From contig CAWFJD010000019.1 of assembly GCA_963816135.1 (NCBI GenBank), positions 1,397 through 65,396 of the forward strand: a DNA stretch of 64,000 bases, read 5' to 3'. The DNA is from an uncultured Chloroflexia bacterium. Lineage in GTDB: Bacteria > Chloroflexota > Limnocylindria > Limnocylindrales > CSP1-4. Under the pieces are notes generated by a model, which saw only the letters and a list, made by a program, of their open reading frames with translations, was not told the DNA's origin and searched no databases. A program made the translations under genes and the position numbers. Of this stretch, positions 57,972 to 64,000 are shown piece after piece. How positions within the stretch are numbered: the first letter of the stretch is position 1; each line of letters begins with the position of its first letter.

Positions 57972-58655
57972 CTAGATCGTCAGTATTCCATCGGCGCGCG
58001 GGACCCAGCCCGCCGAAAGCGCCGCAACGAGCGCGGCCTGATCCAGCGGCATCTCGGGCCGCATGGCGTCGCCGTGGACCCGAAGCACGTCCCGATTGTG
58101 TCTGGTGTCACCCACGAGCAGGATTACCGCCCCGATCGAGGGATCGTCCCGCTTCTTCAGTGCCAGCCGACGCTGGAACGCTTGAATGTCACCGAGGCGG
58201 GTTTCGGCCTCGATCGCGACTCGACCTGCCGGCAGGTCGATCACGGCGTCCCAGGCACGCGCGTCGCCTACAAGCGGCAGCGGGACTTCGAATCGCCACG
58301 CAACCCCGCCAGGTAACGTCAGCCGGCCGCGCTCCAGCAGCGCGCGATGGGCGGCGTCGCGGATCGGATTTCCACCCGGGTAGGCGCGCACGGCAAGGTC
58401 CAATCCCGTGACCGCCGCCAACCGGGATGCCTGCAGGATCGACAGGCCGGGGGCATCTCCACGTTCGATGCGACTGACCTGGCTTGCCGACAGGCCTGCG
58501 GCTCGGCCGACCAGCGTCTGGCTCAGCCCGTGTTCGAGCCGAGCGCCCCGTAGCGCTTCTCCGAAGGCACGAGACGATGCGATTCCTCGTCTCGAACCTC
58601 GATCGACCGGCCTTTCGCTTGCTGCCATCGCGCGAGTCTCGCAGAGCCCGCTCAC
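57972..58655 (-). CDS. XRE-type HTH protein with C-terminal PD-(D/E)xK-like domain (paralog of 37097..37935)
   Basis: HTH LEHGLSQTLVGRAAGLSASQVSRIERGD. C-terminal ..ARAWDAVIDLPAGRVAIEAETRL..VILLVGDTRHNR. Intact, GTG start. Confidence 0.75.
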   Translation of the reverse strand: MSGLCETRAMAASERPVDRGSRRGIASSRAFGEALRGARLEHGLSQTLVGRAAGLSASQVSRIERGDAPGLSILQASRLAAVTGLDLAVRAYPGGNPIRDAAHRALLERGRLTLPGGVAWRFEVPLPLVGDARAWDAVIDLPAGRVAIEAETRLGDIQAFQRRLALKKRDDPSIGAVILLVGDTRHNRDVLRVHGDAMRPEMPLDQAALVAALSAGWVPRADGILTI

Positions 58656-58715
58656 CTGGCGCTTATCAGCCTCCGGTCGTGGCTTGGTTTGGGCGCTCGT
58701 CCCTCACCCCTGCCC

Positions 58716-58770
58716 GTTCCTGCCTGGCGCCTGCTCGTTCCTGCCTGGCGCCTGCTCCCTCCTGCCTCAG
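58716..58770. repeat. 21-bp tandem repeat (GTTCCTGCCTGGCGCCTGCTC, 2.6 copies)
   Basis: Seen directly 60-115 nt upstream of the HTH gene start. Confidence 0.6.
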
Positions 58771-58790
58771 GCCCCGCCGACTGCACTTGT

Positions 58791-58962
58791 TTGCGCCTGG
58801 CGGCAACGATTGGCAAGCACGCGCCCCTCCGACCAGCTCTTGCCGTCGGGCGGCAAATCCCAGCCAGAAACCGGCAGCTGCTTGCCAAGGCCTGGCAAAA
58901 CGCAGTTGAAAGCGCCGAATAGGAGGGCAGTTGCCGAGCCAGGGCAAAGGATGGCCCTTGCC
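58791..58962. promoter_or_regulatory. Array of TTGCCR-N5-YGGCAA palindromes and extra TTGCC/GGCAA half-sites (candidate operator or iteron-like array)
   Basis: TTGCCG-tcggg-CGGCAA (58840-58856). TTGCCA-aggcc-TGGCAA (58882-58898). TTGCCG-agcca-GGGCAA (58931-58947). Also TTGCGC-ctgg-CGGCAA (58791-58806) and GGCAA-N10-TTGCC (58943-58962). Confidence 0.45.
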
Positions 58963-59150
58963 ACGGTCGTTATGCCCGCCCCATGCAAATGGTGTGGGTG
59001 GCCTCGCGCCGGCCGAGCTCCCCACCGCTGGCCGAGCTCCCGCCCGTGGCCACGCGGCTTCGGCGAGCGGCCCCAACTCAGGCTCCAGGAATTGAAAAGG
59101 GCGGACCCGCGACTTCGTGCCGCGGATCCGCCCGAGTTCGGTGTCGAGGC

Positions 59151-59424
59151 GCCGCCGGAACCAGCCCCGCCGGAACTAGCCCCGCCGGGAACCAGCCCCG
59201 CCGGAACCAGCCCCGCCGCCAGCCCCGCCGGAACCAGCGCCGCCGGAACCAGCCCCGCCGGAACCACGCCGCCGGAACTAGCCCCGCCGGAACCAGCCCC
59301 GCCGGAACCAGCCCGCCGGAACCAGCCCCGCCGGAACCAGCCCCGCCGGAACCAGCCCCGCCGGAACCAGCCCCGCCGGAACCGGCGCCGCCGGAACCAG
59401 CCCCGCCGGAAGTGCCGCCGCCGG
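59151..59424. repeat. 15-bp tandem repeat array, ~18 copies of CCGGAACCAGCCCCG with a few variant or indel units
   Basis: Seen directly. It ends 2 nt before the stop codon of the VOC gene at 59427. Unit lengths are 15, with single units of 16, 12, 14 and 14. Confidence 0.9.
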
Positions 59425-59426
59425 AA

Positions 59427-59765
59427 TTACATGAGCCCGACGATGTGGCCTTCGGGATCGGCGAAGAGCGCGATCCTCGTTTCCGGTGCGACCTCGGTCA
59501 GCGGCATGATCACTTTGCCGCCGAGCTTCTCGATGTTGCGGAGCGTTCCCTCGGGGTCGTCGGCATGGACGTAGAAGGTCACCCGACCCTGGCCGCCGTC
59601 CGGGGCCTTGCCGATGCCGGCGGTCAGGCCGCCGTCTTCACGGTGCATCCCGTAGCCGTCGGGATTGTTGGTGTCCATGCCCCAGCCAAAGGCTTCCGAG
59701 TAGAACTTCTGGAGCTTCTGGCCATCCTTGCCAACGACCTCGACGTGGATCACATGAGTTGCCAT
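59427..59765 (-). CDS. VOC (glyoxalase/bleomycin-resistance/dioxygenase) family protein
   Basis: 112-aa tail of ORF 59427..60290: MATHVIHVEVVGKDGQKLQKFYSEAFGW..RIALFADPEGHIVGLM. Confidence 0.88.
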   Translation of the reverse strand: MATHVIHVEVVGKDGQKLQKFYSEAFGWGMDTNNPDGYGMHREDGGLTAGIGKAPDGGQGRVTFYVHADDPEGTLRNIEKLGGKVIMPLTEVAPETRIALFADPEGHIVGLM

Positions 59766-59898
59766 TTGATCGATCTCCTCACTCGCGTTGTTGGGCGGCT
59801 TGCCGTCCGCGACGATCGATCCTTCGACCGTCCACTCAGCCGACGACGCAAGGAGGCTCGAATCGACACGGCGACGCCGCCGGTGCGAGAAATCGACC

Positions 59899-60360
59899 TC
59901 AGGTTCGCGGAGGCTCAGTCCGTGAGACAGCCGGGCTCGCGCCTCCGGCCGCCCGCTCGACCGCTCGGCCGTAGGGGTGGAACCCCGGCTCCTCGAGGCC
60001 CCAGCTGACGATCCAGCGCGGTCGGATCCGGATGTACTGAGGCACGAAGTTGGGGAACCGCGGATTGATCTTGTCGCCGCCGGTCGAGTGCAGCTCGGCG
60101 TCGCCGCGGATCTCGATCGCCCGCGCGCCGTCCGGATTGGCGTCGTCGACGAGGACCGTGACCTTGCGGTTCTTCTGCATGTCGCGCCACTTCTTGCTCG
60201 CCGCGAAGTCCACGCCGCCGACGTCGATGGCGTCCTTGGCCGGGTTGTAGCGGAACGTGACAGGTACCACGTGAGGTTGCCCGTCGGCACCGACCGTGGC
60301 GAGGCGGCACATGGTCACGCGCTGGAGATACTCGAGTTCGGCGGCGGTGAAGGCGCTCAC
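59899..60360 (-). CDS. PPOX-class (pyridoxamine 5'-phosphate oxidase-like) probable F420-dependent enzyme
   Basis: ELEYLQRVTMCRLATVGADGQPHVVPVTFRY..VTVLVDD..AIEIRGDAE. Confidence 0.85.
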   Translation of the reverse strand: MSAFTAAELEYLQRVTMCRLATVGADGQPHVVPVTFRYNPAKDAIDVGGVDFAASKKWRDMQKNRKVTVLVDDANPDGARAIEIRGDAELHSTGGDKINPRFPNFVPQYIRIRPRWIVSWGLEEPGFHPYGRAVERAAGGASPAVSRTEPPRT

Positions 60361-60378
60361 CTGCTGATGCCCATGCGG

Positions 60379-60778
60379 TTACGCCTTCGATCCGCGAGGC
60401 TGTTCGACGATGACCAGGCGATTGCCGTCCTGGTCCCGGAAGGCGAACATCGGGACTGGGAGCCGCAGGATCTCGGGATCGGTCTCCACGCCGCGAGCCC
60501 GCAGGTCGGCGTGGATCGCCGCCGCGTCGTCGGTCGTGAGTCTGATCCGCGTGTCGATGCCGGCTCCTCCCTCCGGGACGGCGACGAGCGCGATCGAGGT
60601 ATTGGCGCCCGGAGCGGCGACCTCCACCCAGCGCTGCCCCTGGCCAAAAGTCGCGTCGAGACGCTTCTCGAAGCCGAGCTTGTCCAGATAGAACGTGAGC
60701 GCCCGATCCTGATCGGACACGGGGATGCCCACGGTCCTGACGTCGTTGATGCGGGTCTTGGTAGCTCGGGCCGGCCAT
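60379..60778 (-). pseudogene. VOC family protein. Probable +1 frameshift a few codons after the ATG. The alternative is an intact shorter CDS from the GTG at 60732.
   Basis: GGAGGAGCTG-ATG (M92 of ORF 59915..61051) gives MAG. ..ATKTRINDVRTVGIPVSDQDRALTFYLDKLGFE continues in the ORF 60379..60732 frame, which has a TGA just upstream. Confidence 0.75.
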
Positions 60779-61032
60779 CAGCTCCTCCGTCCACGGCCTG
60801 GCCGCACCCGATCCGCGCGGGCGATTCGGCGAGGCTTCGAGGAAGGCAGTCTCGACCAGAAACAAATCGTCGGGCGAGCATTCAAGCCTGGGTCTCGCAC
60901 CTCGGGCTGTCCGGCGGCGCCCCGCGCTGCGCGTACCGGCTCTCAGGACGAGATGGTGCGGCTCGCGCCTGAGGTTGACGCGGTGCGACCGAGCGCCATG
61001 ATCGGGACGTCGAAACGACTGGGAGACTCGAC

Positions 61033-61455
61033 TTGGCCGAGCGCTTCGCACCTCAGCGCCTGGGGTTTCGGTGGCCCATAGCCGTCGTCTCGGCGGCCGC
61101 CTTGACGGTGGGCCTGGGGATGGGCGCGGGGGCGCAGTTCGGTGTCGTTTACGCTCTCGGCGCCCTCGTCATGGCGGTGCCTTGCGCCCTTCTCTTCCTG
61201 GCGATCTCCGAGGCCAGGCCCCAGGTGGCGGCGCTCGGCCTCGTCGGCCTGGCCGCCGGGTCCATCGCCCTTGTCGCGGCCGCGGCGCGCCTCACCCCGA
61301 TCGATGCGGGCTCCGCCACGTTCGGGAGCGTGATCGGCATCGGCGTGGTCGCGGTGGCGAGCCATCGCGTCGCGCCGCTCGACGTCCTGGTCGGGGCCTA
61401 CGCCGGCTGGCTGGGCCTGACGATCCTCTTCGAAGGGCCGCTCATCCTCCGCTGA
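61033..61455 (+). CDS. Hypothetical membrane protein (4 predicted TM)
   Basis: Only hydrophobicity pattern and an ORF in otherwise empty space. No family recognised. Confidence 0.45.
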   Translation: MAERFAPQRLGFRWPIAVVSAAALTVGLGMGAGAQFGVVYALGALVMAVPCALLFLAISEARPQVAALGLVGLAAGSIALVAAAARLTPIDAGSATFGSVIGIGVVAVASHRVAPLDVLVGAYAGWLGLTILFEGPLILR

Positions 61456-61459
61456 TCGC

Positions 61460-61533
61460 CCGCGGCGATCCCGCCGCGCGCCCGCGGCGATGCCGCGGCC
61501 ATCCCGCGGCACCGCGGCCTCAGCGCGCCGCGG
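61460..61533. repeat. Cluster of six CCGCGG palindromes in ~75 bp (short ~12-14 bp tandem units CCCGCGGCGATSC)
   Basis: Seen directly between the convergent stops at 61455 and 61542. Confidence 0.6.
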
Positions 61534-61541
61534 GACCGCGC

Positions 61542-61922
61542 CTAAGCCTGGATCACGGCCAGGATGTTGCCGACCGGATCCCTGAACCAGGCGATCGGCG
61601 GCCCAGATTCGGGACGGTCGGGCCGGACAATGCCGCGCTCGTCATGAGGTACGCCCGGATAGCGTTCGAGCTGGACCCCGGCGGCCGTCAGCTGGTCGAC
61701 GGCCTTGTTGATGTCCTCCACCGGAAAGTTGAGGACCGTATACGGGGCCGGTATGTGGTCCGGCTTGGGATAGATGAGCACGCTGCCGCCGTCGCGGAGA
61801 TGGAGCGTGAGCATCCCGTTCGCCTGCGTAACGTCGAGACCGAGCTTGCCCGCGTAGAAATCGAGGCAGGCCGGAATGTCACTCGAGGAGAACCCGGAGA
61901 AGGCATGGCTCTCTTTGAACAT
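61542..61922 (-). CDS. VOC (glyoxalase-like) family protein
   Basis: MFKESHAFSGFSSSDIPACLDFYAGKLGL..WFRDPVGNILAVIQ. Confidence 0.85.
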   Translation of the reverse strand: MFKESHAFSGFSSSDIPACLDFYAGKLGLDVTQANGMLTLHLRDGGSVLIYPKPDHIPAPYTVLNFPVEDINKAVDQLTAAGVQLERYPGVPHDERGIVRPDRPESGPPIAWFRDPVGNILAVIQA

Positions 61923-62229
61923 CGTCGACTCCTAAGACGACACCATCGATGCGGTTAGCCGCCTGTCTAGTGTGAAGTCCGGCGGCCACCGGCGTTCAGC
62001 GTCCCGCGACACACAGGCGCGAGTTCCGAACCGGACCGCATCGTGAACCCGGACTTCCAGCGAGCACCTCGATTGGGCATCATGCCCGTCCCAATGGCGA
62101 GGGTGTTCGCCCGGCTCATGCCAAGCCGGACCGTCTGTCCAGCCACCACCTGAACCTTCCCGGCCTCCGTCGATCGGACCCCTCTGTCGATCGCGCCCGC
62201 CGCCAACCCGCTTGCATCGAGGAGCTGGC

Positions 62230-64000
62230 ATGACCAACGCTTCCACCGACTTCGCTGCCGCCGGTTCCGAAGCCAAAGAGACGACCTTCGATCTCAGCCC
62301 CAGGGCGCGACTGGAGATTCTGGGCGCCATTCTCCTCGCCCTGTTCCTGTTCGCGCTGGACCAGACCGTGGTCGGCACGTCCCTGCCCCGGATCGTCACC
62401 GATCTCCACGGCGACAACCTCTACACCTGGGTCGTGACGGTGTATCTGCTGACCGCGACGATCAGCGGGCCCGTGTACGGCAAGCTCTCGGATCTCTTCG
62501 GCCGGCGGCCCATCGTCATCTGGGCCGTCAGCCTGTTCCTCGTGAGTTCCGTGCTCTCCGGGCTCAGCCAGGAGATGTGGCAGCTGATCCTGTTCCGGGG
62601 ACTCCAGGGGCTCGGCGGCGGCGCCATCTTCCCGGTCGCGCTCGCCGTCGTGGCGGACTTGTATACGCCGGCGGAACGCGGCAAGTATCTGGGCCTGTTC
62701 GGCGCGGTCTTCGGTTTGTCGTCGCTGCTCGGTCCCGGCATCGGCGGGTTCATCACCGACAACTTCAGCTGGCACTGGATCTTCTTCGTCAACGTGCCGC
62801 TCGGGCTCATTTCGCTCGTGATCATGTTCCGGCTGCTGCCGGCTATTCGGCGACCCGACGCGGCCCGCAACATCGACTACTTCGGCGCGGTCGCGTTCGC
62901 CGCGGCCATCGGGCCCTTCCTGGTCGGCCTGACCAACAAGCAGACCGGCAACTGGTCCGATCCCGCGGTCGGCGGCCTTATCCTGCTCGGCCTGGCCTTC
63001 GGGGTCGTCTTCGTCTGGATCGAGTCGCGCGCCGCCGAGCCGATCGTGCCGCTGGGCTTGTTCCGCATCCGTTCCTTCACGATCTCGGTCACGGGCATGT
63101 TCATGGCCGCCTTCGGATTCTTCGGCGCGGTGATCTTCCTGCCTCGCTGGTTCCAGTCCGTGGCGGGCGCCAGCGCGACCGAGTCCGGCTACAACCTGCT
63201 GCCGCTCCTGGCGGCCCTGATCTTCAGCGCGATCGCCTCCGGCCAGATCGTGGCTCGAACCGGCCGCTACAAGCTGCTCATGTTCGCCTCGATGCTGGTC
63301 CTCGCCGTGGGGCTGGTCCTCCTGACGAACCTCAGGGCCGATACGCCCCGGACGACGTTGTGGGCCTGGATGGTCGTGACCGGGCTGGGCATCGGTCCAT
63401 CGTTCGCCGTATTCACGCTCATCGTCCAGAACGCGGTGGACACGGGCTGCGTCGGCGTGGCAACGGCCAGCCTCACGTTCTTCCAGCAGATCGGCGGCAC
63501 AGTTGGCCTGACGATCGCCGGGACGTTGTTCGCGAGCCGCATGGCCACCGAAGTCCCGGCCCAGCTCTCCAACGCGGGCGTGCCGCCCCAGCTCGTCTCG
63601 CAGTTCGCGGCCGGCGGTTCGAGCGGAGCGGTCGACGTCACCGGAACCGGAAATCTGGGTCAGCTGGTCCTCGCCAGTGTCCCGGAGTCGGCCCGAGCGA
63701 CGGTCGCCCCGTTGATCCCGAACATCGTCGACGGCATCCACCAGGCGTTCTCGATCGCCCTTGCGTCGACCTTCCTGGTCGGTATCATCGGCGCGCTGGT
63801 GGGCGCGGCGGCCATCGTCTTCCTCCAGGAAGTTCCGATGCGGGCGACATTCGCCATGGGCGAAGCGGTGCCTTCGAACGACGGAGAGGCCCGCGGCCCG
63901 GGTGAGGCCCGTGAGCCGGGCGAGGCTCAGGACCCGCGGTCGGACCGACGCGCGCTCCCGGAGCGCTGCTCCCGGGGCGACGGAGCCCGCTCTCGCAAGA
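62230..64000 (+). CDS. MFS transporter, DHA2 (EmrB/QacA-like) family. The 3' end runs off the window.
   Basis: GAGGAG RBS then ATG at 62230. Open to the window end, so absent from the ORF track. LDQTVVGTSLPRI, GKLSDLFGRRP, WHWIFFVNVP, FRIRSFT. The frame is fixed relative to the shadow ORF 62577..63905. Apparently intact. Confidence 0.88.
   Translation, partial: MTNASTDFAAAGSEAKETTFDLSPRARLEILGAILLALFLFALDQTVVGTSLPRIVTDLHGDNLYTWVVTVYLLTATISGPVYGKLSDLFGRRPIVIWAVSLFLVSSVLSGLSQEMWQLILFRGLQGLGGGAIFPVALAVVADLYTPAERGKYLGLFGAVFGLSSLLGPGIGGFITDNFSWHWIFFVNVPLGLISLVIMFRLLPAIRRPDAARNIDYFGAVAFAAAIGPFLVGLTNKQTGNWSDPAVGGLILLGLAFGVVFVWIESRAAEPIVPLGLFRIRSFTISVTGMFMAAFGFFGAVIFLPRWFQSVAGASATESGYNLLPLLAALIFSAIASGQIVARTGRYKLLMFASMLVLAVGLVLLTNLRADTPRTTLWAWMVVTGLGIGPSFAVFTLIVQNAVDTGCVGVATASLTFFQQIGGTVGLTIAGTLFASRMATEVPAQLSNAGVPPQLVSQFAAGGSSGAVDVTGTGNLGQLVLASVPESARATVAPLIPNIVDGIHQAFSIALASTFLVGIIGALVGAAAIVFLQEVPMRATFAMGEAVPSNDGEARGPGEAREPGEAQDPRSDRRALPERCSRGDGARSRK

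Noticed and set aside
37097-58655. The two HTH plus nuclease-like genes as ends of a mobile element or insertion sequences.
   Set aside because: They are 21 kb apart in the same orientation with ordinary housekeeping-type operons between them. I saw no transposase, integrase, tRNA target or terminal repeats.
58892-58910. Sigma-54-like promoter (CTGGCAAAACGCAGTTGAA).
   Set aside because: The GG-to-TTG spacing is 2 nt too long and the -12 element is TTGA rather than TTGC. The TGGCA here is better explained as a half-site of the palindrome array.
59151-59424. Possible CRISPR array.
   Set aside because: The 15-bp units are directly abutting with no spacers. The unit is far shorter than CRISPR repeats. 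No cas genes are present in the window.
58408-60008. Plus-strand ORFs 58408..59574 and 58983..60008, which would encode a PEPAP/PAGTS proline-rich protein through the 15-bp array.
   Set aside because: The repeat-unit length variants break every frame. The ORFs only end deep inside the well-supported VOC gene on the opposite strand, and the sequence outside the repeat is featureless. A damaged Pro-rich gene cannot be fully excluded.
1-64000. Programmed +1 ribosomal frameshifting or recoding as the explanation for the frame breaks.
   Set aside because: There is no shared slippery or stop-codon context at the break points. Up to six breaks occur in one small gene. A few -1 events and a TAG occur among them.

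Overview
GC-rich bacterial chromosomal segment, roughly 70% G+C by eye (not computed). It looks most like an Actinomycetota-type or related high-GC genome: AGGAGG-type ribosome-binding sites (RBS), several F420-linked enzyme families, and three DHA2 MFS exporters. I recognise about 55 protein-coding genes. I see no rRNA, tRNA, CRISPR array, transposase or integrase.

Layout, left to right:
- Truncated phosphoesterase, nitroreductase, MFS exporter and methyltransferase.
- AmmeMemoRadiSam genes amrB-amrS, divergent from a 1460-aa secreted beta-propeller/FN3 protein that is followed by amrA.
- HtrA protease, convergent with a small membrane protein / OmpR-type regulator / sensor kinase operon.
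- TetR plus an ABC-2 exporter.
- Osmoprotectant ABC importer whose two permease genes are heavily disrupted.
- MFS exporter, two LLM oxidoreductases, a DDN-type reductase and an amidohydrolase.
- Second secreted beta-propeller paralog, polysaccharide deacetylase and Gfo/Idh/MocA oxidoreductase.
- Proline-rich membrane protein, DUF2277 and a NiCoT nickel/cobalt permease.
- HTH plus nuclease-like gene, and an acyltransferase.
- Protease-MoxR-DUF58-VWA-VWA operon.
- Aldo/keto reductase, an HdeD-like protein and a zinc-ribbon membrane protein.
- Co-directional block of LLM, GH12, processive GT2 synthase, a small conserved protein, FIST and a GAF histidine kinase.
- YciI plus ECF sigma factor.
- Second HTH plus nuclease-like gene embedded in tandem repeats and a palindrome array.
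- Three VOC enzymes, a PPOX enzyme, a membrane protein and a third DHA2 MFS gene that runs off the right edge.

The dominant oddity is about 40 single-base frame disruptions, almost all behaving as one extra base. They affect 21 genes and are strongly clustered, while long neighbouring stretches are intact. I call these genes 'pseudogene', but a consensus or assembly artefact is at least as likely as real decay.

The candidates I rate most worth follow-up are:
- an uncharacterised triple ~125-aa module cassette shared by the two giant secreted propeller proteins;
- the paralogous HTH plus PD-(D/E)xK-like genes with a conserved 5' leader, one beside a TTGCCR-N5-YGGCAA palindrome array and a 15-bp tandem array;
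- the split AmmeMemoRadiSam locus;
- the GH12/GT2/FIST/kinase block.

Starts derived from the ORF track should be exact. Positions of repeats, hairpins and frameshifts are approximate to a few bases.
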